Positions 51,912 to 62,854 of a stretch of DNA of 64,000 nt are shown here, piece after piece. Positions within the stretch are counted from its first letter, which is position 1, and each line of letters begins with the position of its first letter. The notes beneath the pieces were generated by a model. The model saw nothing but the letters and a program-made list of their open reading frames with translations. It made no database searches and had not been told where the DNA came from. The stretch covers positions 96,001 to 160,000 of the forward strand of contig CBDCQT010000011.1 in assembly GCA_965220745.1 (NCBI GenBank), written 5' to 3'. Source of the DNA: Alphaproteobacteria bacterium. Lineage in GTDB: Bacteria > Pseudomonadota > Alphaproteobacteria > UBA828. The translations under genes and the position numbers were made by a program.

Positions 51912-52815
51912 CGTCCAGCATCAGCGCCGCTGCGCCCACCATGCCCGCATCGTTACCGAGCGCCGCCTTGACCACGCGGATCGCACCGGCGGGTGCGAGC
52001 ACCGCCCGCGCGATGGCATGATCGGCGGCCTCGCGATAGAGCGTGAAGTGCCGTTCGCCCATGCCGCCGCCGATGAGGATTACCTCGGGCAGGAAGCTGT
52101 GGATGAGGCTCCAGACCGCCGTCTCCATCGCGTCCGCACTGCGGCTGACGATGGCTTGCGCGGGTGCCGCGCCAGCCTCGGCGGCGTTGAAGACGGCTTC
52201 GGCATCTGCATAGCCGAACTCGGCGCCTGCGCGCGCGAGCGCCGGCCCGGCGGCAAAGGATTCGAGGCAGCCTCGGCTGCCGCAGTAACACGCCGGCCCG
52301 GTCGGGTCGACGATCAGATGGCCGATCTCGGGATGCTCGCGCGCGGCGCCCCGCAGGATCGCGCCGTCGATCAGCACCGCGCCGCCAATGCCGGTGCCGA
52401 TGGTCAGCATCAGCGCGACTCGGGCGCCACGAGCCGCGCCGGCCAACGCTTCGCCCAGCAGTGCGGCGTCCGCGTCGTTGATGAGCCGCACCGACGCGCC
52501 GAAGCGGTCGGCAAGCGGGGTCACGATGTCGCTCCCCTCCCAGCCGGGAAGAGTGTAGAAATTCTCGATCCGCCCGCTCGCCTCGTCGAAGGGGCCTGGG
52601 CAGCCCAGGCCGATTCCCGCTAGCGTGGCTACATCGATGCTCGCTTCGGCCAGGGTCTCGTCGATGGCCCGGGTGAGCCGCTCAAGCCCCGCATCGAAGC
52701 CCGCTTCGGCGTCGGTCGCAACGGTCCGCCGCGCGTGTACCTCACCGGCCGCATCGACCGCGCCGACCGCGATCTTGGTGCCGCCGATGTCGACGCCCAG
52801 CGCGAAGCGGCTCAT
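51904..52815 (-). CDS. ROK-family sugar kinase
   Basis: GVDIGGTK, NDADAA..GE, TIGTGIGG, EIGH, C.CG..GCLE, AG.VGAA. Confidence 0.92.
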
Positions 52816-53540
52816 GGTTCGGTGTCGTCGCGCGCGATGTCGGCCGCGGCGTCCCGGTCACAGAGGCAGACGGCGTCTCCGTGCAGCCACAGGAAGGACG
52901 CGGGCAGGGCCGGCGTGACGCGACGGGCCGCAAGCTGCGCGAGCGGTGCCCGCTTGGCGGCGCCTGAGACCATGAGCAGGATGCGGCGCGCGCGCAGTAT
53001 ATCGCCCAGGCCGAGGGTCAGGCCTTGGCTCACCGGGGCGGCGGCCTCGGCCAGCATCGGGTGGCCGCGCGAGCGCTCGGCAAGCGTGGCGACGTGGCAG
53101 AAGGGATCGAAGCTTTCCGCAGGCTCGTTCAGCGCCAGATGCCCGTTCAGCCCGAGCCCGAGGATGCAGAGGTCAATGGGCCCGGCCGTCTCCAGCGCCA
53201 CTGCCACCCGCCGGCACTCGGCGGCCGCGTCCTCCGCGTCGCCACGAAATCCGATCCAGCGCTCCGGCGGCACGGCGAGCGGACCAAGCATCGTGCGCTG
53301 CAAGTAGGCGGCGCAGCTCGCCGGATCGTCGGGGCTGATGCCCGCCCACTCGTCGAGCTGGATGTAGCGCGCACTCGCGAGCCGCTCCGGCGCGCCGGTC
53401 AGCAGCGCATACATGCCGGTCGGCGTTCCCCCGCTGGCGAGGCAGATCAGCAGGTCGGGCTTGACGCGGGCCGCCTCCCATATGACGTCCGCCGCCGCCC
53501 GATCGAGCGCCTCCCGGTCCGGGAGGACGGTGATGCGCAC
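52812..53540 (-). CDS. Glucosamine/galactosamine-6-phosphate isomerase family (NagB/AgaI/6PGL fold)
   Basis: LASGGTP, QLDEW.G, DL.ILGLG.NGHLALNEP, T.G..DI, PASFL.LH. Confidence 0.88.
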   Translation of the reverse strand: MRITVLPDREALDRAAADVIWEAARVKPDLLICLASGGTPTGMYALLTGAPERLASARYIQLDEWAGISPDDPASCAAYLQRTMLGPLAVPPERWIGFRGDAEDAAAECRRVAVALETAGPIDLCILGLGLNGHLALNEPAESFDPFCHVATLAERSRGHPMLAEAAAPVSQGLTLGLGDILRARRILLMVSGAAKRAPLAQLAARRVTPALPASFLWLHGDAVCLCDRDAAADIARDDTEP

Positions 53541-53544
53541 CGCC

Positions 53545-54633
53545 TCAGCCCGCGCCGCCCTGCCACAGATCCCAGGGCTTGGCTGCGTCGCTCCTGAACG
53601 GCAGCGCGACCTTGGCGCCGGTGCGGGCGGACTCGTAGGCAGCGAACAGCACCTCCTGCACGGCGCGCGCGTCCTCTCCGGTCACCAGCGGTTCCGTACC
53701 GTTCTGCACGCAATCCACGAAGTGGTCGAACTCGCCCCAGAAGCCGTAGTTCCACTCCTCCTCGTAGATGGTGAAGCTCCAGCCCTGGGTCGCGCCAGCC
53801 TTCTCCACCGCGTAGTCGTAACCGCCACTGCTGTAGGTCTCGATCGAGTTGCCGTGGAGCAGGTCGGCATAGGCAACACCCTCGGAGCCGTGCACTTCGG
53901 CCCGGTCGTCCATGCCGCCGGGCTTGGTCCAGCTGGTCTCGTTGAGGAAGAGGCAGCCGCCTTCGAACTCGAGGATCAGCAGCGCGTTGTCCTCGCCCCT
54001 GGTCTTGTCGCCGTGCACCTGGGTCGAGAGTTGGGCGTAGACCGAGACGATCGGCGCGCGATCCAGCATCCAGCGGGCGAAGGCGATGCCGTGGCAGCCC
54101 ATGTCCGCGAGTACGCCGCCACCGGCGCGATCGACATCCCAGAAGTGAGGCGCGTGGGGGCCGTCGTGCTTCTCCGACTGCTTGATGAGGGTGGGGCGGC
54201 CGAGCGCGCCTGCGTCGAGCAGCGACTTCAGGCGCATGTACTTGGGCGCAAAGCACAGCTCCTCGGCATACATGAAGAGCACGCCGGCTTCGGCACAGGC
54301 GGCGATCATGCTGTCAGCCTCGGCCATGCTCAGGCACATCGGCTTCTCCAGCACGACGTGCTTGCCGGCGGCGGCGCAGTCCAGCACGAGCGGGCAGTGG
54401 GTGTCGTTGGGAGTGCCGATCACCACCATGTCGATGTCGTCGCGCGCGAGCAGCGGGCGGTGATCGGTCCAGTGGTGGGGCAGGCCGTATATCTCGGCGA
54501 AGGCCTCGGCGTTGCCCGGCGTCGGCGACGCCACGCCGACGAGCTTCGCATGGGGGTTGCGCACCAGCGCACGGGCATGAATCCCGCTCACGAATTGCGA
54601 ACCCAAGAACCCGATGCCCACCGGTTTCGTCAT
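53545..54633 (-). CDS. Gfo/Idh/MocA-family oxidoreductase
   Basis: TPN..H, GKHV..EKP, WD...GGGVL.D.G.H, GED. Confidence 0.9.
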   Translation of the reverse strand: MTKPVGIGFLGSQFVSGIHARALVRNPHAKLVGVASPTPGNAEAFAEIYGLPHHWTDHRPLLARDDIDMVVIGTPNDTHCPLVLDCAAAGKHVVLEKPMCLSMAEADSMIAACAEAGVLFMYAEELCFAPKYMRLKSLLDAGALGRPTLIKQSEKHDGPHAPHFWDVDRAGGGVLADMGCHGIAFARWMLDRAPIVSVYAQLSTQVHGDKTRGEDNALLILEFEGGCLFLNETSWTKPGGMDDRAEVHGSEGVAYADLLHGNSIETYSSGGYDYAVEKAGATQGWSFTIYEEEWNYGFWGEFDHFVDCVQNGTEPLVTGEDARAVQEVLFAAYESARTGAKVALPFRSDAAKPWDLWQGGAG

Positions 54634-54807
54634 CCACGGCCTCCCTGTTTCAGGGAATAGCGCGGGGCGTTGCAGCTCGGCGCCTCGAACGCGTCCTTAC
54701 TACAGGCGCCGGACGTACAACCGCAACCGGCAGCCACCGGGCATTAGACTTGAATAGGGCCGCACCGCGCCAAGCACTTAAAAAAAGGGTCTCAAGGCCC
54801 AGCGGCT

Positions 54808-54846
54808 GCGTTATGCTTGACGTAACGCGTATCTGCTTCTTACGTT
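54808..54846 (+). promoter_or_regulatory. higBA promoter and HigA operator
   Basis: GCGTTA (54808-54813) - N9 - TAACGC (54823-54828) overlapping TTGACG (54817-54822); TACGTT at 54841-54846. Confidence 0.55.
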
Positions 54847-54875
54847 GGCGGTGGCCATTGACGTTCGGAAGCGCG

Positions 54876-55157
54876 TTGATCGTCGGTTTTGCGAACAGGA
54901 GAACGGAGGACTTCTATCGTGGCCGCAGGGTCGCAGCCTTCTCTGGATTCGCTCGCACCGCGTCGCGCAAGCTGGACCAGCTCGACGCGGCCACGGGCCT
55001 GCGTGACCTGATGCGTCCCGGCAACCGGCTTCAAGCGCTGAAGGGCCGCCGCAAGGGGCAGTGGAGTATCAGGATAAACGACCAGTGGCGTATCTGCTTC
55101 GAATGGCCGGAGGAGAGCCCTGGCCCGGCCAGGGTGGAAATCGTCGACTATCATTGA
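54876..55157 (+). CDS. higB: HigB toxin (RelE/ParE superfamily)
   Basis: I..F....TE, RKL..L, PGNRL.ALKG, SIRINDQWRICF.W...VEIVDYH; TTG start inferred. Confidence 0.9.
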   Translation: MIVGFANRRTEDFYRGRRVAAFSGFARTASRKLDQLDAATGLRDLMRPGNRLQALKGRRKGQWSIRINDQWRICFEWPEESPGPARVEIVDYH

Positions 55158-55171
55158 GAAGGGAGAATGAC

Positions 55172-55480
55172 ATGTCTCGCGACGCTATCCATCCGGGCGA
55201 GACGCTGCGTGAGGATCTCGACGCCCTCGGAATGAGCGCCGCGGAACTCGCGCGGCGGATCGACGTCCCGGTGAACCGCATCACCGAAATTCTCAATGGC
55301 CGCCGCTCCGTCACCAGCGATACGGCACTGCGGCTGGGGCATTTTTTCGGGACGTCAGGGGAATTCTGGCTCAACCTTCAGAAGCTCTACGAACTGAGGC
55401 GCGCCGAGCATAAGTCCGGCGCGGAAATAGCCCGCTTGCCTTCGTTGCATGACAGCGACCGGATGCGGGCTTCGGGCTGA
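55172..55480 (+). CDS. higA: HigA antitoxin (HTH)
   Basis: IHPGE.L, ELA..I.VP.NRI.EI..G.R.VT.DTALRL..FFGTS.EFWLNLQ. Confidence 0.93.
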   Translation: MSRDAIHPGETLREDLDALGMSAAELARRIDVPVNRITEILNGRRSVTSDTALRLGHFFGTSGEFWLNLQKLYELRRAEHKSGAEIARLPSLHDSDRMRASG

Positions 55481-55597
55481 CCCGCCACCGCACCACAACC
55501 GATCGTCCTCTCGGTATCGGCCGCATCGTCCTGCGGTGGCGCCCGTAAGTTCGCCGCAGCGCGCCACTCGGCGCCTGAGGGATAAAGACCAGACCGA

Positions 55598-55900
55598 TCA
55601 GAAGCCGTGCTTCGCGGCCTCCTCGGCGTACTTGCGCTTCTGTTCAGACGTCGCCTCGGTCTGGAAGTGCTCCTTCCACTCCGCGTAGGTCATGCCGTAG
55701 ACCAGCTGGCGCGCCTCCTCCAGGTCCATGTCGAGCCCCTTCTCCTCGGCGGCGGCGCGATACCACTTGGAGAGGCAGTTGCGGCAGAAGCCGGCGAGGT
55801 TCATCAGCTCGATGTTCTGCACGTCCGTGCGCTTGCGCAGATGCGCGACGAGGGTGCGGAAGGCGGCGGCCTCCAGCTCGATCTGGGTCTTATCGTCCAT
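55598..55900 (-). CDS. DUF1244 family protein
   Basis: ELEAAAFR.LV.HL..R.DVQNI.LMNLAGFCRNCLSKWY, YGM.Y.EWK. Confidence 0.9.
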   Translation of the reverse strand: MDDKTQIELEAAAFRTLVAHLRKRTDVQNIELMNLAGFCRNCLSKWYRAAAEEKGLDMDLEEARQLVYGMTYAEWKEHFQTEATSEQKRKYAEEAAKHGF

Positions 55901-56186
55901 CGTCCGCCTCCCCGGTGTCGACCCGCGTCTCACCATCGGCCGCTGCCAGCCGCGCTTCCAGTTGTGCGACGCGCTCGGCCAGCGCCTCGCTCTCGCTTCT
56001 TGCGCGTGCCGCCATCTCTTTGACCGCGTCGAACTCGTCCCGCGGGACCAGGTCCATCTGCGCCAGGATGCCTTCGAGGCGGCGCTTGACCATGGCGTCG
56101 AGCTCGCCCTTGAGGCCGCTGGCGGCCCCCATGGCCCCGGTGGCGACGCGGGCCACGTCGTCCAGAATGTGGCTGTCGGTCTGCAT
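55890..56186 (-). CDS. ubiK: Accessory factor UbiK/BMFP family
   Basis: MQT...ILDD.A, MDLV.RDEFDAVK.MA..AR.E.E.L..R...LE. Confidence 0.85.
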   Translation of the reverse strand: MQTDSHILDDVARVATGAMGAASGLKGELDAMVKRRLEGILAQMDLVPRDEFDAVKEMAARARSESEALAERVAQLEARLAAADGETRVDTGEADDGR

Positions 56187-56341
56187 CGGCAGTCTCCCGT
56201 CTCGCCGTCAGTATGCCACGGAGGCGTGCGCTGCCTGTAGCGTGAGATGAGTCGGTCCATGGCGCTTTTCAAGCAGGATCAAACCGGCGACCATCGACGC
56301 ATGGCAGAACCCATGAGACGACAAAGGGGAGCGCGCCGCCC

Positions 56342-56965
56342 ATGACGGCGGTCGCAGGCGTGCTGCTCGCCGGGGGCCTCGCGCGGCGCATGGGGGGCGG
56401 CGACAAGTGCCTGCGGCCGCTCGCCGGCGAGACCCTGCTCGCGCGGGTGATCGCGCGCGCAGCCCCCCAGGTTGGCCCGCTGATCCTGAATGCCAACGGC
56501 GACCCCGCGCGGTTCGCGCCCTACGACCTGCCGGTGGTGGCCGATGTGGTGGAAGGTTACGCCGGGCCGCTCGCCGGCATCCTCACTGCGCTCGAGTGGG
56601 CGGCGGAGCACGCGCCCCACCACCCGCTGGTGGCAAGCTTCGCCACCGATGCGCCATTCCTGCCGCTGGATCTCGTCGAGACCATGGTGGAGGCCAGAGA
56701 CCTTGCGGGCGCCGACCTCGCCTGTGCCGCGTCGGATGGGCGGGCGCATCCGGTGTTCGGGCTCTGGCCGGTGGAGCTCCGCGCCGACCTGCGCGATGCC
56801 TTGGTGGAGCAGGGCGAGCGCAAGATCGACCGCTGGACGGCAAGCCACAGGCTGGTCGAAGTCGCCTTCCCCTGCGCTCCCGTGGACCCGTTCTTCAATG
56901 CCAACCGCGAGGACGACCTGGCGGGGGCCGAGCGCCTGATCGCAGAGCACGGTGACGCACTTTGA
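56342..56965 (+). CDS. mobA: Molybdenum cofactor guanylyltransferase
   Basis: [38 protein letters not shown]. Confidence 0.93.
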   Translation: MTAVAGVLLAGGLARRMGGGDKCLRPLAGETLLARVIARAAPQVGPLILNANGDPARFAPYDLPVVADVVEGYAGPLAGILTALEWAAEHAPHHPLVASFATDAPFLPLDLVETMVEARDLAGADLACAASDGRAHPVFGLWPVELRADLRDALVEQGERKIDRWTASHRLVEVAFPCAPVDPFFNANREDDLAGAERLIAEHGDAL

Positions 56966-56989
56966 GCCCCACAGAGCGGCGCGACGCCG

Positions 56990-58252
56990 TCACTCCTCCG
57001 CGTGGGCGTAGGTGAGGTCGTGGGGCGGCCGGTCGCCGAGGGCGGGGTCGGTGCCCGCCGGCTGATAGGGTGCGTCCAGCGTGCCGATGTCGAGCGGCAC
57101 CGGCTGCTTGAGCAGGCTGCGTGCGATGACCAGCCGCTGGATCGAGGGCGTGCCCTCCTCCAGCATGTTGATGCGGCATTCGCGGTAGAGCCGTTCCAGC
57201 GGATAGGGATAGTCGGTGAAGTAGGCGCGCCCGCCGACCACGTCCATGGCCTTGTCGGTCACCCGCATCACGGTCTCGAGCCCGAACAGCTTGGCGATGG
57301 AGGCCTCCACCGCGCACGGCTGCTCGCGGTCGATCTTGGCGGCCACGTCCTCCAGGATGAGGCGGAGCGCGTAGACGTCGCGGGCCATGTCGGCGAGCTC
57401 GGACTGGACCGAGGGACGCGCGGCGATGGGCCTGCCGAAGGTGATGCGCTCGCCGGCGAAGTGAAGGGCTATCTCCAGCGCCCGCTCGGCAGTGCCGAGG
57501 GAACTCGCGGCAACAAAGACGCGGCTCGGCTCCAGCTCGCCGAGGAAGACGTCGAGGCCGTCGCCCTCGGCGCCCACCATGCTGTCTACCGGCACCGGCG
57601 TGTCTTTGAAGCGCAGGATGCCGTGGGGCGGGCCGTTGTTGCCCATCATGTCGGGCATGGGCTCGATGGTGAAGCCGGGCGCGCCGGTGGGCACCACCAG
57701 CGCCGTGAGCCCGCGGCGGTCGCCGCGTGCGCCGGTGCGGCAGCAGATCAGGTGGCCCGTGGCGAAGTCGGCATTGGTGATGTAGTGCTTCGCGCCGTTG
57801 ACGATCCAGTGGTCGCCCTCGCGTCGGGCCTGGGTGCCTACATCCATCCCGCTGCCTGAGTTGGGCTCGGTGATGGCGAAGGTGAGCGACTGCTCGCCGG
57901 TCGCCAGTGCCGGCAGCAGCGACCTCTTCTGTGTTTCGGTGCCGTAGGCGACGACCGCCCGCGCGCTCGTGTTGTGGACGTGCAGCAGCACCCGGACGAC
58001 GCCCGAGACCTTCGAGAACTCGGCGAGCAGCGGCAGGTATTGGGAACAGCTCAGCGCGATGCCGCCGTATTCCTCCGGGATCACCGCGCCGAAGAGGCCG
58101 TGATCGCGGAACTGCGGAAAGAGCGCATCCCGCGGGAACGTACCCGTGCGCTCCATCTCACTCGCCCGCGGCTCGACCTCCCGCCAGAGAAAATCGAACA
58201 CCCGCTTGCGGTAGGCCTCGTAGTCGCTCGCCGTCTCAACTCCGTTCACCAT
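56990..58252 (-). CDS. Acyl-CoA dehydrogenase family protein (divergent)
   Basis: PEEYGG, FAITEP.SGS, NG.KHYITN, R..FG.PI, AKLF, EGT..IQR. Confidence 0.88.
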   Translation of the reverse strand: MVNGVETASDYEAYRKRVFDFLWREVEPRASEMERTGTFPRDALFPQFRDHGLFGAVIPEEYGGIALSCSQYLPLLAEFSKVSGVVRVLLHVHNTSARAVVAYGTETQKRSLLPALATGEQSLTFAITEPNSGSGMDVGTQARREGDHWIVNGAKHYITNADFATGHLICCRTGARGDRRGLTALVVPTGAPGFTIEPMPDMMGNNGPPHGILRFKDTPVPVDSMVGAEGDGLDVFLGELEPSRVFVAASSLGTAERALEIALHFAGERITFGRPIAARPSVQSELADMARDVYALRLILEDVAAKIDREQPCAVEASIAKLFGLETVMRVTDKAMDVVGGRAYFTDYPYPLERLYRECRINMLEEGTPSIQRLVIARSLLKQPVPLDIGTLDAPYQPAGTDPALGDRPPHDLTYAHAEE

Positions 58253-58335
58253 GCCGTGACTCCTGCCGCTTTTGTTTGCCGCGTCTCCGCGAGGTGCTAT
58301 CTAACACACAAGGACGAGACGGGTATGAGGGCGAG

Positions 58336-58809
58336 ATGACTGAAACGGCGATTTTCGGAGCGGGCTGCTTCTGGGGCGTCGAGGCCGCGTTTCGCCGGCT
58401 CGACGGCGTCATCGAGACTGCGGTCGGATATGCGGGCGGTCACACGACCGAACCGGGCTACTACGACGTGTGCAGTGGGCAGACCGGCCATGCGGAGGTG
58501 GTACGGGTCGTCTTCGATCCCGAGCGGGTGAGCTACGAGCGGCTGCTGGAGCTGTTCTGGCAGGTCCACGACCCGACCCAGGTCAACCGCCAAGGGCCGG
58601 ATGTCGGCACCCAATATCGCACTGTCATCTTCTACGGCTCGGAAGCCCAGAAGGAAGCGGCGGAAGCCGGCAAGAAGGCACTCGTGGAAGCAGGGCATCC
58701 CATCGCGACCCTGATCGAGCCGGCCGCGGAATTCTGGATGGCTGAGGACTACCACCAGCAGTACTTCGAAAAGAACCGGCGCATCCGCTCCGGCCTCTTC
58801 CGCATCTGA
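58336..58809 (+). CDS. msrA: Peptide methionine sulfoxide reductase A
   Basis: [43 protein letters not shown]. Confidence 0.95.
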   Translation: MTETAIFGAGCFWGVEAAFRRLDGVIETAVGYAGGHTTEPGYYDVCSGQTGHAEVVRVVFDPERVSYERLLELFWQVHDPTQVNRQGPDVGTQYRTVIFYGSEAQKEAAEAGKKALVEAGHPIATLIEPAAEFWMAEDYHQQYFEKNRRIRSGLFRI

Positions 58810-58858
58810 CTGGCCGCGCCTGCAGCGTCGCAAGAGTCAGGGCTGCGCCTCTCGAATC

Positions 58859-60208
58859 ATGGGAATCGCCGAGGCGGGTGACTCCGCCACCCTGCTGGAG
58901 GGACTGATTGCGCGCGCCCGGCGGCTCGGCGCCGACGCCGCCGACGCTGTAATGCTGCGCGGCAGCGCCCTCGACGTGAGCTGCCGCCTTGGCGAGCCGG
59001 AAGAGGTCGTCCGATCGGAGGTGCACAGCCTCGGCCTGCGCGTCTTCGTCGGCGAGCGCCAAGCCATCGTCTCCACCACGGACCTCTCGGAGAGCACGCT
59101 CAGGCCGCTCGCCGAGCGGGCGATTGCCATGGCGCGCTCGGTGCCAAAGGACCCTCACGCAGGCCTCGCCGATCCGGCCCTTCTCGCCCGGGACTGGCCG
59201 AAGCTCGACCTCGTCGATACCTCTGAGCCCGATGCCGAGAGCCTGATGGCCCGCGCGCTGGAGGCGGAGGACACCGCCCGCGCCGTCGCCGGAGTCACCA
59301 ACTCCGAAGGCGCCGGTGCCGGCTGGCGGCGGCGAGAGGTGACCCTGGTCACCAGCGACAGTTTCGCCGGCCAAACCGAGTCTGGCAGCCATTCGATCAG
59401 CGCGGCGGCCCTGGCCGGCGAAGGCACCGCGATGGAACGCGACTATTGGTGGTCGTCTGCGGTGTACGAGGCCGATCTGGATGCCGCCGCCGCAGTCGGC
59501 CGCCGTGCCGGCGAGCGCGCGGTGCGTCGCCTCGGCGCCCGCAAGGCCCAATCGGGCCAGGTGCCGGTGCTATATGATCCCCGTATCGCCGGCGGGCTGC
59601 TATCCCACCTCGCGGGCGCGATCTCCGGCCCGTCCATCGCGCGCGGAACGAGCTTTCTGAAGGATGCGCTGAAGACCCAGGTGTTCGCCGCCGGTATTAC
59701 CGTCGTGGATAACCCGCACCGGGTGCGGGGGCTGCGCTCGCGCCCGTTCGACGGCGAGGGCGTCGCCACGGAGCGGCGTGCGATCATCGCCGACGGTGTG
59801 CTGCAAACTTGGCTGCTCGACAGTCGCTCGGCCCGCCAGCTCGGGCTCGCCAGCACCGGCCATGCGACGCGCGGAACCGGCGGTCCCCCCTCGCCCGCCT
59901 GTTCCAACCTTTGGCTGGAACCGGGCGCGGACAGCGCCGAGGCGCTCATCGGCGGCGTGGCGAGTGGTCTCTATGTCACCGAGCTGATCGGCATGGGCGT
60001 GAACCAGGTGACCGGCGACTACAGTCGGGGCGCTGCCGGGTTCTGGATCGAGCAGGGCGAAATCGCCTATCCGGTGAGCGAGGTCACCGTCGCCGGCAAT
60101 CTCAGGGAGATGTTCCGCCACCTCACGCCAGCCAGCGATCTTGAGTTCCGGTATGGAGTCGATAGCCCGACCATGCGCATCGACGGCATGACGGTGGCGG
60201 GCCGCTAA
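58859..60208 (+). CDS. pmbA: TldD/PmbA family protein (PmbA/TldE)
   Basis: GLRVF.G, NSEG, MERDY, SRPFDGEG, STGHA, GDYSRGA.GF, TVAG. Confidence 0.9.
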   Translation: MGIAEAGDSATLLEGLIARARRLGADAADAVMLRGSALDVSCRLGEPEEVVRSEVHSLGLRVFVGERQAIVSTTDLSESTLRPLAERAIAMARSVPKDPHAGLADPALLARDWPKLDLVDTSEPDAESLMARALEAEDTARAVAGVTNSEGAGAGWRRREVTLVTSDSFAGQTESGSHSISAAALAGEGTAMERDYWWSSAVYEADLDAAAAVGRRAGERAVRRLGARKAQSGQVPVLYDPRIAGGLLSHLAGAISGPSIARGTSFLKDALKTQVFAAGITVVDNPHRVRGLRSRPFDGEGVATERRAIIADGVLQTWLLDSRSARQLGLASTGHATRGTGGPPSPACSNLWLEPGADSAEALIGGVASGLYVTELIGMGVNQVTGDYSRGAAGFWIEQGEIAYPVSEVTVAGNLREMFRHLTPASDLEFRYGVDSPTMRIDGMTVAGR

Positions 60209-60320
60209 GCGCCGACGACGCCGATTTACGGGGTATGCTACGGTTGGAGCCCATGCCCCGGCCGTGCTATGGGGCTGATTTCAAACGTTTAGGCGTTGGC
60301 GCCTGAACTGGGCGAAAGCC

Positions 60321-62099
60321 GTGGAGCGATCCGAACCGCCCCCTCGACCAGGTTCGACGAGGCACTTGCTGGTCCGCCTCGTGCGCGACCACGTGCGGCC
60401 CCATGTGGGCCGGCTCGCGCTCGCCGTACTCTGCATGGCCTTTGCCGCCAGCTCCACCGCGGCTTTGGCCTATCTCATGGAGCCGGTTCTGGACCAGATC
60501 TTCCTGGAGAAGGACCGCACGCTCCTCATTGTGGTGCCCATCGCGGTGATCGGGATCACGCTGATCCGGGGCGCCGCCACCTACGGGCAGGCGGTGCTGA
60601 TGGCCTTCGTCGGGCAGCGCGTCATCGCCGACCTGCAGAGCCGCATATTCGCCCACATCCTGCGATTCGACCTCGCGTTCTTCCAGGACACGGCGTCCGG
60701 CCGGCTGGTCTCTCGGCTCACCAACGACGTCAACATGATGCGCAACGCGGTCTCCAACGCGCTCACCGGCGTGGTCAAGGATACTCTGACCCTGCTGTTC
60801 CTTGTCGGCGTGATGTTCGAGAAGGACTGGAAGCTCGCCTTGATTGCCTGCGTCGTCTTTCCCATTGCGATCTACCCGATCACGAAGATCGGCCGGCGCA
60901 TGCGCCGGGTCTCGACGTCGGCGCTCACGGAGCTGGGTCTCTTCACCGCGCGGCTCAACGAGACGTTTCAGGGCGCACGCCACGTCAAGGCGTACAACCG
61001 GGAAGGCTTCGAATCCGCGCGCACCGACCGCCTGATCGAGAGCGTCTTCCGCCTGATCTTCAAGCAGCAGCGCGTCCGTGCCGCCGCGACGCCGATCATG
61101 GAAACGCTCGGCGGCATCTTCATCGCCGTGCTGATTCTCTATGGCGGCTGGCAGGTGATCGAAGGTGCGCTCACTCCGGGCGCCTTCTTCGCCTTCGTGA
61201 CCGCCATGCTGCTCGCCTATCGTCCGCTCAAGGCGCTCGCCAACCTCAACGCCAGCCTGCAGGAGGGCCTCGCCGCGAGCCAGCGCGTGTTCGATTTGCT
61301 GGACACCGAGCCCCGCATCGCCGAGGCCCCGGATGCACGCCCGCTCAAGGTCAGGGGCGGCGCCGTCGCGCTCGATCGGGTCAGCTTCTCCTATCCGAAT
61401 GGCGCGCCGGCGCTTCTCGATGTGACCCTGAATATCCCGGCGGGCGAGACGGTCGCCCTGGTTGGGCCCTCCGGCGCCGGCAAATCCACGGTGCTCAACC
61501 TGATCCCCCGGCTTTACGACGTGGACGAAGGAGCGGTCAGCATCGACGGGACCGATGTTCGCGAGGCGACAATCGAAAGCGTGCGCGACGCTGTGGCGCT
61601 GGTGAGTCAGGAGGCGGTGCTGTTCGACGAAAGCGCCCGCGCCAACATCGCTTACGGGCGGATTGGTGCGAGCGACGATGATATCGTGGCCGCAGCACAA
61701 GCGGCCGGTGCCCATCGCTTCATCGAAGAGTTGCCCAACGGTTACGACACGATCATCGGCGAGCACGGGGTCAAGCTCTCCGGCGGCCAGCGACAGCGGC
61801 TCTCGATTGCCCGCGCCATGCTCAAGGATGCCCCCATTCTGCTGCTTGACGAGGCGACGAGCGCGCTCGACGCCGAATCCGAGCGGCAGGTGCAGGACGC
61901 ATTGCGGAGCCTGATGCGGGGCCGCACGACCCTGATCATCGCCCACCGCCTCTCCACGGTCCGGGAGGCTAACCGGATCTATGTGCTAGAAAACGGCAGG
62001 CTCGCGGAAACGGGCACGCACCGATCGTTGTTGGCGGCGAACGGCGTGTACGCGCGGCTGCACGCCGTGCAGTTTTCCGCGAGCATGGCCGCCGAATAG
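60321..62099 (+). CDS. msbA: MsbA-like lipid ABC exporter
   Basis: Six-TM domain, G.L.SR..NDV, GPSGAGKS, LSGGQRQR, DEATSALD; synteny with the acyltransferase and waaA. Confidence 0.82.
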   Translation: MERSEPPPRPGSTRHLLVRLVRDHVRPHVGRLALAVLCMAFAASSTAALAYLMEPVLDQIFLEKDRTLLIVVPIAVIGITLIRGAATYGQAVLMAFVGQRVIADLQSRIFAHILRFDLAFFQDTASGRLVSRLTNDVNMMRNAVSNALTGVVKDTLTLLFLVGVMFEKDWKLALIACVVFPIAIYPITKIGRRMRRVSTSALTELGLFTARLNETFQGARHVKAYNREGFESARTDRLIESVFRLIFKQQRVRAAATPIMETLGGIFIAVLILYGGWQVIEGALTPGAFFAFVTAMLLAYRPLKALANLNASLQEGLAASQRVFDLLDTEPRIAEAPDARPLKVRGGAVALDRVSFSYPNGAPALLDVTLNIPAGETVALVGPSGAGKSTVLNLIPRLYDVDEGAVSIDGTDVREATIESVRDAVALVSQEAVLFDESARANIAYGRIGASDDDIVAAAQAAGAHRFIEELPNGYDTIIGEHGVKLSGGQRQRLSIARAMLKDAPILLLDEATSALDAESERQVQDALRSLMRGRTTLIIAHRLSTVREANRIYVLENGRLAETGTHRSLLAANGVYARLHAVQFSASMAAE

Positions 62100-62101
62100 G
62101 C

Positions 62102-62854
62102 ATGGGGCTCGGCAAGCGCGTCGCGCGGAGCCGGATCGGGCGTGCCGCGCTCATTTGGCTCTACGCGCGCTTCGCGAGCCTCGTCTTTGCCACGACCCGC
62201 TGGCGGATTCACGGCCGCGACGACGCCGAAGCGCTGATACGCGCAGGTCAACCGTTCATCTGTGCCTTCTGGCACGGCCGGCTGATGCTGGCGCCCCACG
62301 GCTGGCCGAAGGGCACGCCGATTCACGTCATGATTTCCCGCCACCGAGACGGCGAGAACATCGTGCGTGCAACGCGGCATCTAGGCGTGGTGCCGATCCG
62401 CGGTTCGCGCACGCGAGGTGGCATAGCGGCGGGCCGCGCCTCGCTCCGCGTGCTGAAGGAGGGCGGCTACGTTGCCATCAGCCCGGACGGGCCGCGCGGC
62501 CCCCGGATGCGCGTTCAGCCTGGTATTATCGCGTTGGCGCGCCTCTCCGGCGCGCCGATCGTGCCGATCACGTTTGGGGTTTCTCGCCGCGCAGTCGCGA
62601 ACAGCTGGGATCGCTTCGTGATCGCGCTGCCCTTCAGCCGCGGCGTCTACGTGTGGGGGCCGCCTGTCCACGTCGCTGCGGATGCCGACGAATCTGCGAG
62701 GGAGCGCGCGCGCATAATCTTGGAGGAGCGCCTCAACGCGCTGACTGTCGAAGCCGACCGCATGGTGGGCGTGGAGCCGATCGAGCCGGCCGGTGAGGTC
62801 GCGCGAACGTGCGAACGCCGCGCCGGTGCGGCGCCGGCCGCGGCGCGCCAATGA
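62102..62854 (+). CDS. Lysophospholipid acyltransferase family, DUF374 (LpxJ-like)
   Basis: FWHGR, IS.HRDGE, IRGS, SPDGPRGP, SWDRF.I.LPF. Confidence 0.87.
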   Translation: MGLGKRVARSRIGRAALIWLYARFASLVFATTRWRIHGRDDAEALIRAGQPFICAFWHGRLMLAPHGWPKGTPIHVMISRHRDGENIVRATRHLGVVPIRGSRTRGGIAAGRASLRVLKEGGYVAISPDGPRGPRMRVQPGIIALARLSGAPIVPITFGVSRRAVANSWDRFVIALPFSRGVYVWGPPVHVAADADESARERARIILEERLNALTVEADRMVGVEPIEPAGEVARTCERRAGAAPAAARQ

